Source: Candidatus Fermentithermobacillaceae bacterium (GTDB taxonomy: Bacteria; Bacillota; Sulfobacillia; Fermentithermobacillales; DUSS01). Taken from it: a stretch of 64,000 nucleotides of DNA. Below the pieces are notes generated by a model that was not told the DNA's origin, did no database searches, and worked only from the letters and a program-made list of their open reading frames with translations. The DNA lies in NCBI GenBank assembly GCA_020725645.1, contig DYEQ01000076.1, forward strand, positions 7,206-71,205, written 5' to 3'. Both the position numbers and the translations under genes were made by a program. This document shows positions 1 to 10,731 of this stretch, in pieces. The first letter of the stretch is position 1, and each line of letters begins with the position of its first letter.

Positions 1-165
1 GGTCAGAAAGATGCCGATCCCATCTTTCACCGGATAAGTGGCCGAGCAGTTCGTGCAGCGGGCTTCGCCTTCAAGTATCTGGTGCCTTTCAACCCGTTGG
101 ACCTGCCAGAAAAGAGTACCTCCGCACGATGGACACTGGAGCATATCTACTAGATCGCAATGCAT
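1..165 (-). CDS. Partial CDS (N-terminus only; runs off the window start): Trm112-like zinc ribbon, probably the N-terminal module of a SAM-dependent methyltransferase
   Basis: Own minus-strand translation from ATG at 165, with AGGAGG 8 nt upstream: MHCDLVDMLQCPSCGGTLFWQVQRVERHQILEGEARCTNCSATYPVKDGIGIF... The CPSCGG...C..C..YPV.DGI pattern is typical of Trm112/YcaR-like zinc ribbons. It is absent from the ORF track because it is open at the window edge. Confidence 0.35.
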   Translation of the reverse strand, partial: MHCDLVDMLQCPSCGGTLFWQVQRVERHQILEGEARCTNCSATYPVKDGIGIFLT

Positions 166-533
166 AGTATGTACCTCCTTGGGCGGACCGGATTTGCCGC
201 TCCCCGGCGCCGCCGGTAATGCCCGTCCTACCACCCAAACTGCTTCGAACACTGTTTACGTCCCTCAAAGCGGACTACGCCACCGGAGCCGTTCGTCGAG
301 CAGTTTGAAGAGTTCATGGAACCTGTGACCGGATACTCAGGATTGTGGGAATCGAAGCCGAGGCAGACTGTCTCGCCCCCGGTCTCCCTGCGCTCCATAA
401 GACAATACACGCCTACGTCAAGGATGGTTTCAGTGCACTCCGTTGCTTTTCCTGTACGAGAGCCAGTGTTGGTCTCAAGCCTGCACCGCACCCGGCTTTT
501 TGGACACGGGTTGGAGTAGACATCCAACATTCG

Positions 534-2171
534 TCAGTACATCTTTGCGTAATATTCCTGCACCATGCGGTCGGACGAAAACTGTTTCTGCGACATGCTG
601 ATGCTCGAACGCATCATCTGGACCCACTTGTCGCGCCTGTCGTAATAGGTGGGCAGAACCTCCCCGAAAAGCACCTTGTACAGCGAGTCCAAATCGTACG
701 CTTCCGAACCCTCGACGCCGTCCCCAAACTGCCATCCATTGACACCGTGGACGCATCCCTCCGGCCACCACCCGTCGAGGATGCTCAGGTTCAACACGCC
801 GTTCATAGCCGCTTTCATACCCGAAGTACCGCAGGCCTCGAGAGGACGCCGGGGGTTATTGAGCCAAACATCCGAACCCCCGGTCATGAGCCGGCCGATT
901 TTCATGTCGTAGTTCTCGAGGAAGACCACGCTCTTGGGATATTTCCGGGCGTAGCGAGCTAGATTCGCAACTATCTCCTTGCCTGCATCGTCCTGCGGGT
1001 GCGCCTTCCCGGAAAAGATCATCTGAATACGCCCGTCTTCCAGGTAAGGTTCAATCACCCTGGGCTTTCGGAAAATGAGGTCGCTGCGCTTGTACGCCAC
1101 CGCGCGCCGGGCAAATCCGATCAGCAGCCGGTCCGGCGCGAGACGAACTCCCGTCCGCTGCTTCACTTCTTCCAGGAGTTCCTCCTTACAAGCCATATGA
1201 GCTGCCCAGAGGTCGCCGTTTTCGACAAAAGCTCGGCGAATCCGCTCGTCCTGCCACGTCCCGGGGTGAACCCCGTTGGTGATCGCGATTATGTTGGGGG
1301 CACCTTTCACATCCTGCCACATCCGGCGGGCGGTAACCCCGTGCAGTTGCGAGACGCCGTTGGCGGCGCGGGCCAGCCGCAGTCCGGCGACGGTCATGTT
1401 AAAGGGGCTTCCGCCGATCTCGATCATTTGATCCAGGGTAAGACCGTTGTTCGCCCCCATGTACCTCAAGAGCTCGTGACTGTGAGATTCGTTGCCCTCT
1501 TTGACCGGCGTGTGGGTAGTGAACACTATCTGCCGGCGCGTGGTGTTCCACGCCTCGTGGAAAGACATGCCCTGTTCCTGCATCTTTTCGCGGATGAGTT
1601 CGATGCCCGCCAGCACGGCGTGACCCTCGTTGAAGTGATAGACATCCACCTCTATGCCCAGCCCCTTCAGGGCACGGACACCCCCGATGCCGAGCACCAT
1701 TTCTTGAGCTACGCGCTCCTCAGAAAACCAACCGTAAAGCTGACCCGTGATCCAGCGGTCCTCGTTTTCCGGAAGATTGGTATCGAGCAGGTACAGCGGC
1801 GCATTGCCGTATTTATCAAGCAGCCACACCCTGCAGGTCACCTTTCGCCCTCGTATGTCTACGGCCACCCTGACACCCGTGTCCTTCAAGAAGTCGTAGG
1901 AATAGCACGGATACGAGTCATACGGCCTGCCGTCCGGCCCCAAACGCTGCCAGGTGTAACCCTGACGCCACAGGATCCCGACGCCGACTACGGGCAGGTT
2001 CAAATCCGCGACGGATTTTAGGAAGTCGCCTGCTAATATCCCGAGTCCGCCGGCATATGCGTGGAATTCCTCGTGAAGTCCGTACTCCATGCAAAAGTAG
2101 GCCACCCGGAGCTTGCGCTTTTCGGAATCGACTTGACTGCCGTCCATGTTGAGGTCCTTGTTCTCGGCCAT
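534..2171 (-). CDS. glgP: alpha-glucan (glycogen/maltodextrin) phosphorylase, short ~545-aa form
   Basis: 545-aa ORF with an alpha-glucan phosphorylase N-terminus (LRVAYFCMEYGLHEEFHAYAGGLGILAGDFLKS) and conserved downstream blocks. RBS GAAGGGGAGGAA precedes the ATG at 2171. Confidence 0.8.
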   Translation of the reverse strand: MAENKDLNMDGSQVDSEKRKLRVAYFCMEYGLHEEFHAYAGGLGILAGDFLKSVADLNLPVVGVGILWRQGYTWQRLGPDGRPYDSYPCYSYDFLKDTGVRVAVDIRGRKVTCRVWLLDKYGNAPLYLLDTNLPENEDRWITGQLYGWFSEERVAQEMVLGIGGVRALKGLGIEVDVYHFNEGHAVLAGIELIREKMQEQGMSFHEAWNTTRRQIVFTTHTPVKEGNESHSHELLRYMGANNGLTLDQMIEIGGSPFNMTVAGLRLARAANGVSQLHGVTARRMWQDVKGAPNIIAITNGVHPGTWQDERIRRAFVENGDLWAAHMACKEELLEEVKQRTGVRLAPDRLLIGFARRAVAYKRSDLIFRKPRVIEPYLEDGRIQMIFSGKAHPQDDAGKEIVANLARYARKYPKSVVFLENYDMKIGRLMTGGSDVWLNNPRRPLEACGTSGMKAAMNGVLNLSILDGWWPEGCVHGVNGWQFGDGVEGSEAYDLDSLYKVLFGEVLPTYYDRRDKWVQMMRSSISMSQKQFSSDRMVQEYYAKMY

Positions 2172-2868
2172 CAGCTATTCCTCCCCTTCAACGAGTCCCG
2201 CCGCTAAGTTCATCAGACGGTCCGCAACGCTTTGCAACAGCCGTTAGCTATTTCCTCTAATCAATGAGTCCCCCTACCGAATGGCACCCACACCAAGAGG
2301 CCTGGGCCGAGCTCGAAGCGGGGTTGCCAGGATGAACCCGGTAGTTTCATATTGGTGCTCGACATCTGTCACACATATTCCAAGCGGTTACCCGATGTGC
2401 AAGCGCTTGCACAGTAGAATTCGTCACCGCCTCCGGGTTTCCTTCTCGGCACACTGGATAATTTTCAGGATAGTAGTCCGTTTTGGTGCTCGCGGACACG
2501 CCCTATTGTTGTTCCCGAGGGCCAATTGCCAGCCCCGGTGTGTACGGTGGAGGTAGCCACATTCGCGGTAACCCCAGCAGGGCTTTGGCCTCGGCCTCTT
2601 CTTGGCCAAGGAGATCGTTGAAGCTCACGGGGGCGCACTTCGGTGCAGAGCCGCCCCGGCCAGGGGATCTGCCTTACGATAATAATTCCTCTCGGGAAAG
2701 TTCTTTAAGAAATATCAACCACTCCGAAAGGAAGCCCGTCGCTCTAAATCGCCAGTTACGACACACCTGTTTGCCGACGAGGTGCTTCGTCCGGCGGACC
2801 ACCGAGGAAATCGCACTGGCTCGTCTGTACAATCCTTTCCTCTCAGCCAAAGGTTTGAGACACGATTG

Positions 2869-3312
2869 CTAAGGGAAGCCGGCTTGGCTTGCCCGGCGAA
2901 CGAACAAGCGGATCTGTTCGACAAACCGTCCCAGGTCTCCGAGGTCTTTGCGACATATCTCATACAACTCTTCGGGGGTAACTTGGTGGTACAGGTGGAC
3001 CATCCGATTTCGATAACCGGCCATCTCTATAAGCTTCCCGCTTAGATCCGAATCGACTATTCGCAACTCGCCCAGACCCTTGGCGATCCCCTTGTATTCA
3101 GCGGCGAGATCAACGTGACCGGCTTTGGCGAGAATATGACGTCCTACATCAAACACAGCTTCGAGGCATCTGCGCAGATAGCTCTCACACGCAGCAACCC
3201 TGGTCTTATCCGCCAGAAAGCTATCCCGCGGTACCTCGCAGAGAAGGCTTATCTCTAGAAGGTACTCCACTATAAGCGCCAGGCGCTCTTCGATCAAAGT
3301 GATGTTCAGCAT
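2869..3312 (-). CDS. hepT: HEPN/DUF86 toxin (HepT-type)
   Basis: 147-aa ORF carrying the HEPN R-x4-H-x-Y motif (GYRNRMVHLYH). It overlaps the upstream MNT gene by 7 nt. Confidence 0.8.
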   Translation of the reverse strand: MLNITLIEERLALIVEYLLEISLLCEVPRDSFLADKTRVAACESYLRRCLEAVFDVGRHILAKAGHVDLAAEYKGIAKGLGELRIVDSDLSGKLIEMAGYRNRMVHLYHQVTPEELYEICRKDLGDLGRFVEQIRLFVRRASQAGFP

Positions 3313-3737
3313 GGCGAAACCTCGTCGAGAACATCCTGTAAAAACCGCCTCAGGAACGGAGCAAAGTCAGCCGCCCGTCGCAGCACCCGCATTTCATACT
3401 CGTCCCGCTTTTGTTCGCTTGACTGATAGACGCATATGCCCTTGATGGCCTCGGCCTGGAAAACGGAGTGCTGCTCCTCGAGAAAAACAAGGTCCAGCCT
3501 CAGGGGTTTGAAGAGTTCTTCCAACTCGTTGTAAAGTCTCGCGTAAAAGGAAGGACGCTCTGATGGTTCCGGAAGAGGCCCGTCAGTTACCACGCCCACG
3601 TCGATATCGCTCAGGGGGTCATCCTCCACCACTTTTTCCCCAGCGAGGATCTGAACCCCGGCGCGAGCGCGGGAACCGAACAGGTACACCAGCGAGAGCC
3701 CATATCGTTCGCAGATATTCCGCAACGTGCTATCCAT
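3306..3737 (-). CDS. mntA: minimal nucleotidyltransferase antitoxin (MntA-type)
   Basis: 143-aa ORF with the LFGSRARG...SDIDVGVV nucleotidyltransferase signature. It sits upstream of and overlaps the HEPN gene, the classic MntA-HepT arrangement. Confidence 0.8.
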   Translation of the reverse strand: MDSTLRNICERYGLSLVYLFGSRARAGVQILAGEKVVEDDPLSDIDVGVVTDGPLPEPSERPSFYARLYNELEELFKPLRLDLVFLEEQHSVFQAEAIKGICVYQSSEQKRDEYEMRVLRRAADFAPFLRRFLQDVLDEVSPC

Positions 3738-3887
3738 CGAATAATCTCACCTCCCATATCGTACCAGCTCTCTATGACGCCGGCAAGCAGGATGTTCCGC
3801 ATAGCTCTTTCCGAGCACATCGCGACAGGCTCAGTGGCGCGGTGTCCCCTGTCGGGCCGAATCGCCGGATGTTCCGAAAAGCCCGGG

Positions 3888-4742
3888 CTAACTCGACTCT
3901 ACGACCTTGCGCGCCCACGCAAGGGCTTCGGCTATGTCTTTGTAGGGAACGCGATGAGCCCTATCGTCGGGGTTTCTCAGGATCATGGCTTTCTGGAACT
4001 CTTCCAGTGCCAGTAGGACATCACCCTGACTGCGCGCCCTGACGCCCATCCAGTAATGGGCGTCAGGGTTTCTCGGAGCGTACCTGAGCGCTTCTTGAAA
4101 ATGAAATCCGGCCTGCTTATGTTCCGCCTGGGCCATGTAAACGGCGCCCAGTCCGATGTGGGCCTCGGCTAGGGTCGGAAGGTCTTTGAGCACCTTTTGA
4201 TAGGCGGACGCAGCGGCTTCAAGTTCCCCCTTGGCCGCGAGGACTTCCCCCAGGGCCATCGAAGCTAGGGGGCCGTCACTTGTGAGCTCCTGACACCGGA
4301 TGGCTCCGGCTAAAGCTTCTTCGTGACGACCGAGCCGGGACAAGATCCTGGCCAGGAGACAGTGGGCATGAGCATCCGAAGGCATCCTTCTAAGACCTTC
4401 TTCCAGTAGTCTCACTGATTCGGAGAGATCTCCTTCCGCCCAGGTAAGGCTGGCCAGAGCCATGTACGCGGCCTCGGTAGCTCTTCCCGTATCCACCGCC
4501 CTTCTGTAGCGCAGGTTAGCTTTGTCGTAATCGTGCCATACCCACCTGTCGAGAAAACCTACGTGTTCCAGGAGGATCTCACGCCAAATGAACCAGCCTA
4601 ACAACACCCAGGCGAAAAGAGCCAGAAGGACGAGCCTGCCGTCAAGGCCTTTCCATGTGTAAGCAGCCAAACCCCCCAGCAAGATGATGAGAAAACCGGC
4701 GTTCCAGGGATGCCTCCACGAGAATCTGACCGGCTCACGCAA
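3888..4742 (-). CDS. TPR-repeat protein with two N-terminal transmembrane helices
   Basis: 284-aa ORF. The N-terminus has hydrophobic helices (FLIILLGGLAAY, LLALFAWVLLGWFIW), followed by several TPR-like repeats (AEAHIGLGAVYMAQAEHKQAGFHFQEALRYAP...). Confidence 0.55.
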   Translation of the reverse strand: MREPVRFSWRHPWNAGFLIILLGGLAAYTWKGLDGRLVLLALFAWVLLGWFIWREILLEHVGFLDRWVWHDYDKANLRYRRAVDTGRATEAAYMALASLTWAEGDLSESVRLLEEGLRRMPSDAHAHCLLARILSRLGRHEEALAGAIRCQELTSDGPLASMALGEVLAAKGELEAAASAYQKVLKDLPTLAEAHIGLGAVYMAQAEHKQAGFHFQEALRYAPRNPDAHYWMGVRARSQGDVLLALEEFQKAMILRNPDDRAHRVPYKDIAEALAWARKVVESS

Positions 4743-4859
4743 GAAAAAACACCTCCGACCGCAGCACGGATATCCCGGGAAAGAAGGATTCCCCGGATCC
4801 TGCGTTTTGCTTCACGCCGGGAACTCCAGTGTTGAACGTAGCTACCAATATATGGTATA

Positions 4860-6749
4860 GTGTTGTCGCCGGTGGCAAAAGGAGTTATGGAGATGAAACC
4901 AACACGCCCCGGCATCTGGTCATTTAGGAACGCAGTCTTTAGGCAACGGGCACGAACACCCTCAGCTCGAACGGGTCCATCGGACGTTTTGGTGTTCGCG
5001 CTGCTCATCCTCTTCCTGACGATCGTCGCCGAAACGAGCCTTGGTCCCTACGTCCATGCGCAGAGTTCCGGCCCGTCCGCTACCGCCAGCCAGCCCGCGT
5101 GGACCTCGTTCGGAGAAGAAGGGCCTTTAGCAAGTATCACGGTATCCTCCATCAAACCCGGCTGCACGCTAGGGAACCTGGATGTCGTATCGCTGGTGAA
5201 GACAAGTTCCGTTGACGCGACAGGCACTGTCTGTTCCCTCGGGTCTTCGGCCTCCGACGCCGGGACGAATGACCCCTGGTACCTGGACCTCGCCGGTCAC
5301 TGGGCCCGTCCTTACGTCCGCGTTTTGTGGGAAGAGGAGGTCGCCGACGGCTACGTTTACCCTTCCGGTCGCTCCTATTTTAGGCCTGATAGACTGTGCG
5401 ATAGAGCGCAATTCCTCCTCTTACTCGCAAAAGCGTTTCAGCTTGGTCCTTTCGAGCCGCCGGTTCCGTCTTACGCCGACGTGGGCCCTTCGTTTACGGT
5501 CCTGAACGGCAAAAAGGCCTGGACGTACATAGAGGCGTGCGTTCGGGCCGGGATGAGCTTCGTCCCTCCCGGGGGCAAGCTCTTGCCCAACGCCGGCGTC
5601 ACCCGGGAAGACGCCGTCGAGTTTTTGGTGAGATGTCTCGACCTATGGCCCATAGCTCAAGTAATCCCCGAGGACGAAGCATGGAGAATCCTTTCGAGGT
5701 TCCCCGACGGTCACAAGACCTCACCAGAAAGGGTCAAAAGCATGGCGCTGTCGGTGCGCCTGGGCATCGTCCAGGGCTGCGGTGACGGCACCCTCCAACC
5801 CCGGCGCCCGATGATGAGGTGCGAGATGGCCACCATCGTCTACAAAAGCTGTCTAGTGAGGGCGGAGGTCCACCCACCCTGGTTCTCCCCGGACGGAGAT
5901 GGAATCGACGAGACCGTGGAGTTCGAATTCACATGGCTCAAAAACCGGAACATCGTCTCATGGAACGGCGGGATAACCGATGCGACGGGCCAGGCCGTAT
6001 TCACGTTCAATCCGGGTCAGGCCCCGGGCCCTCCTCCCCGCAAGTCGGTATGGGGCGGGACGGACTCCTCGGGACGACCTCTGCCCGCGGGACAGTACTT
6101 TTACCAGCTCTGGGTCAAAGACAGACTGGGAAACCAGTTCTTTTCGGTCAGAAAGCCCCTGTACCTGGTCAAGCACTTTCTAACGGCGCGTCTTCATCCC
6201 GAAGTCGCAGCTGACGGTGACGCCGTATTCGTCCTGGCCGAAACCAGGCCCGCCGCACTCGAGGTGACCGCGACTTTCGCTTCGGGCCGGACCGTCCGCC
6301 TTAAAGCTACGCCGGACGGCCAATCGTGGACCGCAACGGTCGAGATGGGCTCGTGGCTTCCCGTAGGCAAGCAACCGGTTCGAGTCCAAGCGGTTTTCCC
6401 CGGCGCTGCCAGAGAGGAAACGCTTTATGCGATGAGGCTCGACCCCTTGTCCCTCACAGCTGAGGTAAAACCGAACCCCGCGTCCCGCGGGCAAACCCTG
6501 TCGCTCCTTGCTTACACCGGAAAGGGTGTTCAAGCTGTGACCGCCACCCTTTTCGGAGAAACGGTTGCGCTACGCCCGGACGGACCGGCATGCTGGGTCG
6601 GAGAACACCGGGTACCGGTCGCGGCACCGGTCGGGCCCAACGACGTGCTGTTTTCCGCGTTCGCCGATGGGCGGAGAAAGGACTATACCGTGATCCTGAC
6701 GGTAGAGGAGTCTCCCCTCGTCGATCTCACGTTCATCCTGAGCGAGTGA
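4860..6749 (+). CDS. SLH-domain cell-surface protein with an FlgD-Ig-like (PDGDGIDETV) module
   Basis: 629-aa ORF with a signal/TM segment (VLVFALLILFLTIVAETSLG). It has SLH-like motifs (GHWARPYVRVLWEEEVADGYVYPSGRSYFRPDRLCDRAQFLLLLAKAF; FPDGHKTSPERVKSMALSVRLGIVQGCGDGTLQPRRPMMRCEMATIV) and a 'FSPDGDGIDETVEFEF' motif. The true start is probably at an internal Met (MEMKPTRPG). Confidence 0.55.
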   Translation: MLSPVAKGVMEMKPTRPGIWSFRNAVFRQRARTPSARTGPSDVLVFALLILFLTIVAETSLGPYVHAQSSGPSATASQPAWTSFGEEGPLASITVSSIKPGCTLGNLDVVSLVKTSSVDATGTVCSLGSSASDAGTNDPWYLDLAGHWARPYVRVLWEEEVADGYVYPSGRSYFRPDRLCDRAQFLLLLAKAFQLGPFEPPVPSYADVGPSFTVLNGKKAWTYIEACVRAGMSFVPPGGKLLPNAGVTREDAVEFLVRCLDLWPIAQVIPEDEAWRILSRFPDGHKTSPERVKSMALSVRLGIVQGCGDGTLQPRRPMMRCEMATIVYKSCLVRAEVHPPWFSPDGDGIDETVEFEFTWLKNRNIVSWNGGITDATGQAVFTFNPGQAPGPPPRKSVWGGTDSSGRPLPAGQYFYQLWVKDRLGNQFFSVRKPLYLVKHFLTARLHPEVAADGDAVFVLAETRPAALEVTATFASGRTVRLKATPDGQSWTATVEMGSWLPVGKQPVRVQAVFPGAAREETLYAMRLDPLSLTAEVKPNPASRGQTLSLLAYTGKGVQAVTATLFGETVALRPDGPACWVGEHRVPVAAPVGPNDVLFSAFADGRRKDYTVILTVEESPLVDLTFILSE

Positions 6750-6908
6750 GCTTGAGGCAGAGAGTCCCGGCCGAAGAGCTCGATTTGGAAAGATTGAACG
6801 TAAAGGCGGGACGGCAAAGTCTGAGAAAGAACCCCAAGCAAAAAAGCCGGACGAGAAACGTTGACGAGCGAGAAAGCCTCAGGAAGAAAGTTGAAGGAAC
6901 GACTCACA

Positions 6909-7748
6909 CTAAAGAATGCCGTCACCGGGGAGCTCCAACGTAATCGGGCCGAACTCACCCTTCCGGAAGCGAGCGAGGTAAAGCTGGGAGGCGCGGGTCA
7001 GGTCAACTTCGCCGCCTTTCTTGACCTGCCCCGTCTGCCTCCCGAACTGTTCCAGAACGAGCAGGGCCGGGTTTGGCGATAGGTCAGGGGCGTCCTGCCC
7101 CGCTTCGGCGCGCCCGGTCACAGGCGAGACCCGCTCTATCAACCACAGAGCTACTTCCACCGGGTCGTATCTGGTCTCGGGGATGGCGCCGGTGGCAGCT
7201 AAAGCCATCAGGGTATCTCCTTTGACCGCGCCGGGCTCGAGCACTCCGGGGGTATCCAAAAGAAGGAATTCCTCCCCGCACCGTATCCAGTGAATTCCTC
7301 GAGTTAAACCCGGCTTTTCTCCGGTGGGAGCTCTCACCCTGCCTGAAAGCCTGTTGATTATGGAAGATTTGCCTACGTTGGGCAAACCAAAGACCATGAG
7401 CTTGAGGGGTCTTTCCAGAGTACCAGGGGGTCTTGAGCGGTTCACCCGTTCCCGTTCACCCTTGAGAAAGGGGACGAGTTTTTTCATACCCTCTCCCGTA
7501 TTAGCTTGCACGGCGAAGGCGGGTTTCCCCTGGCTTTCGAAGGCAGCGATCCAATCCCGGGTAGCTGCGGGATCTGCGAGATCAATCCGGGTGAGGACGT
7601 AAACGAACTTCCGTGGATGGAGGTATTTCTTCGCCACCCGTATCGAGGTCCCAGGAATCCGGGCATCCAGCGCAAACAAAATGACATCAACGTGGGACAG
7701 GAAGGTCCTCCGCCCCGGGGTCATCAGAGGATTTCCCCGCCGCTTCAT
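6909..7748 (-). CDS. rbgA: ribosome biogenesis GTPase A (YlqF/RbgA)
   Basis: A circularly permuted GTPase. The G-motif MVFGLPNVGKSSIINRL follows DVILFALDARIP, and the gene sits in the conserved position next to lepB-rplS. Confidence 0.8.
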   Translation of the reverse strand: MKRRGNPLMTPGRRTFLSHVDVILFALDARIPGTSIRVAKKYLHPRKFVYVLTRIDLADPAATRDWIAAFESQGKPAFAVQANTGEGMKKLVPFLKGERERVNRSRPPGTLERPLKLMVFGLPNVGKSSIINRLSGRVRAPTGEKPGLTRGIHWIRCGEEFLLLDTPGVLEPGAVKGDTLMALAATGAIPETRYDPVEVALWLIERVSPVTGRAEAGQDAPDLSPNPALLVLEQFGRQTGQVKKGGEVDLTRASQLYLARFRKGEFGPITLELPGDGIL

Positions 7749-8311
7749 CGGATGACCCCGGCGAACTTAAACGGCCAGATTACGATGGAGGCCCTTCCTT
7801 TGATGAGCCGGAGCTCCACAGGACCGAAGCTCCGCGAATCCTCGCTGTTCTGCCTGTTGTCGCCCATGACGAAAACGGTCCCGGGCGGGACCACAAAACT
7901 TGACATGTTGAACAGACCGGGGTAGAAGACGTACGGCTCCTCGACGATCTGACCGTTCCGGTACACTCTCCCCGTCCGGATCTCTATCACGTCCCCCTCG
8001 ATTCCGATGACCCGCTTGATGTAATCCTTGGACGGGTCCAGGGGGTACCTGAATACGATTACATCCCCATGTTTAGGTTTGGAAAAGCGGTATGCGAGCT
8101 TGTTCACCAGCAATCGCTCGCCGTCCTTAAGGGTGGGCATCATGGACGGCCCCTGCACTACGTAGGTCTCGACGATGAAAGTCCGTATGAAGACGGCCAG
8201 GATAAGGGCCACCACTATGATACTTACGACATCTTTCAAGAAGTCCACTCTCGTCTTCTCCCTGCGGGGTAAGCCCCGGTTGTCGAGACTACTTTTGCCG
8301 CTTTTCCTCAA
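7745..8311 (-). CDS. lepB: signal peptidase I
   Basis: An N-terminal TM helix, the catalytic Ser box GPSMMPTL, the Lys box RVIGIEGD and the [11 protein letters not shown] box are all present. Confidence 0.85.
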   Translation of the reverse strand: MRKSGKSSLDNRGLPRREKTRVDFLKDVVSIIVVALILAVFIRTFIVETYVVQGPSMMPTLKDGERLLVNKLAYRFSKPKHGDVIVFRYPLDPSKDYIKRVIGIEGDVIEIRTGRVYRNGQIVEEPYVFYPGLFNMSSFVVPPGTVFVMGDNRQNSEDSRSFGPVELRLIKGRASIVIWPFKFAGVIR

Positions 8312-8645
8312 TGCGGGCTTCTTTACCGGATAGTCCTCTCAAATAGAACAGTTTCGCCCTACGCACCCGGCCCCTCCTCAAGACTTCGATCCGGTCGATT
8401 CTCGGGGAGTGCACGGGAAAGGTCCTTTCGACCCCGACTCCGTAAGACACCCTTCGCACCGTAAAGGTTTCCCGGACTCCGCCTCGCTGACGCGCGATGA
8501 CGGTACCCTCAAAAGGCTGAATACGTTCGCGGCCCCCTTCGATGACCTTGTAGTGCACCCTGACGTAATCACCCGGCCTGAACTCGGGGATATCTTCCTT
8601 CATCCCTTCGCGTTCCACCAGATTTACGAGATCCATTCCGATCAC
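8289..8645 (-). CDS. rplS: 50S ribosomal protein L19
   Basis: The blocks [34 protein letters not shown]...[44 protein letters not shown] are conserved L19 sequence. Confidence 0.9.
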   Translation of the reverse strand: MIGMDLVNLVEREGMKEDIPEFRPGDYVRVHYKVIEGGRERIQPFEGTVIARQRGGVRETFTVRRVSYGVGVERTFPVHSPRIDRIEVLRRGRVRRAKLFYLRGLSGKEARIEEKRQK

Positions 8646-8738
8646 CCTTTCAACTTCGAAGCTCTAATTCGACTGTTTATCCACCTTGTGTGCCAGTGCG
8701 GGTTGAACTCCGCATCTTATCCGCTACGATTCAACGCC

Positions 8739-9584
8739 CTAGCCGCGCCGTACACCCATGGGAGGCGCGTCCGGGTATAGATCGTCCCTGGTATCCGCTT
8801 CCCAGGCTATTTCCAACAGCAATTCCCTGTCTTCCGGCGTAAGCGCAGCTTTGTCCAGGAGGTCCGGTCTTCTCTCGAGAGTTCGTTTGAGCGCTTGCTT
8901 TCGTCGCCACCGCCGGATCTTTTCGTGGTCTCCGGACAGCAGGATTTCCGGCACTTTCAACCCCCTGTACTCAGGAGGCCGGGTGTACTGCGGACCCTCC
9001 AGGAGGCCCTCGGAAAACGACTCGGCCCTCGTCGACTCCTCGCTTCCGAGCACCCCCGGCACGTGCCTGACCACCGCGTCCAGCACCACCATGGCGGGGA
9101 TTTCCCCGCCCGTCAGTACGTAATCGCCGATGGATATCTCCCTGTCGGCGAGGTACCTCACGCGCTCGTCGAACCCCTCGTAATGTCCGCAAATGAGCAC
9201 CAAATTGGAAAACCCAGCGAGCTCCCGGGCCGCCCGGTCGCAAAAGGGCTCGCCCTGGGGGGTCATAAGGCAAACGCACGGTCTTTCCTGAGACCCCGAA
9301 CCAGCGATTTCCTCCTTAACGGCATCGACGGCCTCGTAAACGGGCTCGGGCTTCATCACCATACCCGGCCCACCTCCGTACGGATAGTCATCCGCCGTTT
9401 TGTGGGCGTCGTGGGTGAAATCCCTGATGTCCACCAGCTTCACCCGGATGACTCCCCGTTCGATGGCCCTGCCCAGAATGCTCGCTCCCAGCACCCCTGA
9501 AAACATCTGGGGAAATAGAGTGAGGATGTAGACATTCACGCTACCGACCCTCTTTTCCCCGACTTCCTCCCCGGTCTCCCGCAT
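8739..9584 (-). CDS. trmD: tRNA (guanine37-N1)-methyltransferase
   Basis: TrmD blocks are present: [58 protein letters not shown]. The ORF track extends to 9614, and the true start (M at 9584 or an internal GTG) is uncertain. Confidence 0.85.
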   Translation of the reverse strand: MRETGEEVGEKRVGSVNVYILTLFPQMFSGVLGASILGRAIERGVIRVKLVDIRDFTHDAHKTADDYPYGGGPGMVMKPEPVYEAVDAVKEEIAGSGSQERPCVCLMTPQGEPFCDRAARELAGFSNLVLICGHYEGFDERVRYLADREISIGDYVLTGGEIPAMVVLDAVVRHVPGVLGSEESTRAESFSEGLLEGPQYTRPPEYRGLKVPEILLSGDHEKIRRWRRKQALKRTLERRPDLLDKAALTPEDRELLLEIAWEADTRDDLYPDAPPMGVRRG

Positions 9585-10047
9585 CCCGGTTTCCGGGCTC
9601 TCCTCCCGCCGCACCCGGTTCCTCCGGCGGCCGCGTCTTTTGACCCAGGTCCACGCTGAGCAACCGCCCGTCTCTCACGGCAAGCACGATGCCGTCCTCT
9701 ATCATTATTTCGGCGGCCAAGACCTCAGGCCAGACGTCCCCGGGCTTCACCTCGACTAGTCCCTGAACCTGCCCTCTAACCACTTCCTGGCCTATTTCGA
9801 GACCGGCGATATCCTCGAGGTTCCTCAAAAGGCTCTCCCGTCGCGAAGCTCTCTCCGCCCTTTCCTTCTCCAAGCGAGCTAGATCTTCGCCTTTGGCCCC
9901 CGAACCTCGACGCTTCTCGAGCTCCTCCTCGATGGCCCGGAGCTCCCGGTCGATCCTGCGAATCTCCTCCTGAGTGTTGCGGGCAAGCTCCTGTTTAAGT
10001 CCAGGCGTTACCCTGGACTTCACCGTGACAGACCTGAGCAACAGCAT
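9541..10047 (-). CDS. ylqD: YlqD-like (DUF2869) coiled-coil protein occupying the usual ylqD/rimM slot; it is not RimM
   Basis: The N-terminus, [41 protein letters not shown], is a coiled coil. The C-terminus, [32 protein letters not shown], matches the YlqD pattern remembered from Bacillus. No RimM N-domain is present. The low-complexity C-terminal tail overlaps the trmD start. Confidence 0.45.
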   Translation of the reverse strand: MLLLRSVTVKSRVTPGLKQELARNTQEEIRRIDRELRAIEEELEKRRGSGAKGEDLARLEKERAERASRRESLLRNLEDIAGLEIGQEVVRGQVQGLVEVKPGDVWPEVLAAEIMIEDGIVLAVRDGRLLSVDLGQKTRPPEEPGAAGGEPGNRDAGDRGGSRGKEGR

Positions 10048-10072
10048 GGGTCACGCGGGCGCACAGTGACTG

Positions 10073-10306
10073 TTACTCCAGAATCTCCACAGCCGCTCTT
10101 TTGCCTTCCTTGGCGGCAGCAGCTTGCACGAGAGTCCTGATGGCCCTAACGACCCTGCCCTGCTTGCCTATGACTTTACCCATGTCCTCGGTAGCTACCC
10201 GTACCTCAAAAACGCAGGCCCTCTCGCCTTCGACCTCTTTAACCTGAACACCGTCGGGATTATCCACTATCGACTTGACGATGAATTCCACAAGGTCACG
10301 CAACAT
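10073..10306 (-). CDS. ylqC: KH-domain RNA-binding protein (YlqC family)
   Basis: 77-aa ORF with a KH GxxG loop ([15 protein letters not shown]), in the conserved position between rpsP and ylqD. Confidence 0.75.
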   Translation of the reverse strand: MLRDLVEFIVKSIVDNPDGVQVKEVEGERACVFEVRVATEDMGKVIGKQGRVVRAIRTLVQAAAAKEGKRAAVEILE

Positions 10307-10330
10307 AGCCCATCCTCCTCGTTCGTTAGC

Positions 10331-10612
10331 TTAGCGAGTCCCCTCTTCTTTCCGTAGCGCCTGCCATCTTTCGATGATACCCGCCTTTGTCAGGAGGCTC
10401 TTCGCAGTAGGCGTTGGCTGTGCCCCACGTCTCAACCATAATATAGCTTTTTCCTCTTCCACTTTAAAGGTGGGCGGCTCGGTCCTGGGATTGTAGTAGC
10501 CGATTTCGTCGATGCTCCGTCCATCCCTGGGCGACCTCGAATCCATCACGACTATCCGGTAGACCGGCGCCTTTTTCGAACCTATCCTCTTCAACCTGAT
10601 CTTTGTGGGCAA
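10331..10612 (-). CDS. rpsP: 30S ribosomal protein S16
   Basis: The N-terminus [42 protein letters not shown] is canonical S16. Confidence 0.9.
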   Translation of the reverse strand: MPTKIRLKRIGSKKAPVYRIVVMDSRSPRDGRSIDEIGYYNPRTEPPTFKVEEEKAILWLRRGAQPTPTAKSLLTKAGIIERWQALRKEEGTR

Positions 10613-10731
10613 ACTTTCACCTCTCCTTTCTACAGATTATCGAACGAGATTCTCCGTTCCGAGCGGCACGAGCCTCGAGCCGCGTACGAGCTTGTCAAAA
10701 GCCCAAGAGCCAGCCGCCAGCCGGGCCGGGC

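Noticed and set aside
999-2021. 340-aa + strand ORF
   Set aside because: It is antisense to the alpha-glucan phosphorylase gene, a typical long spurious frame in high-GC DNA, with no recognisable motifs.
9541-10047. Annotating this ORF as RimM
   Set aside because: Only the C-terminus has a PRC-barrel-like look. The N-terminus is a coiled coil typical of YlqD, and no RimM N-domain is present.
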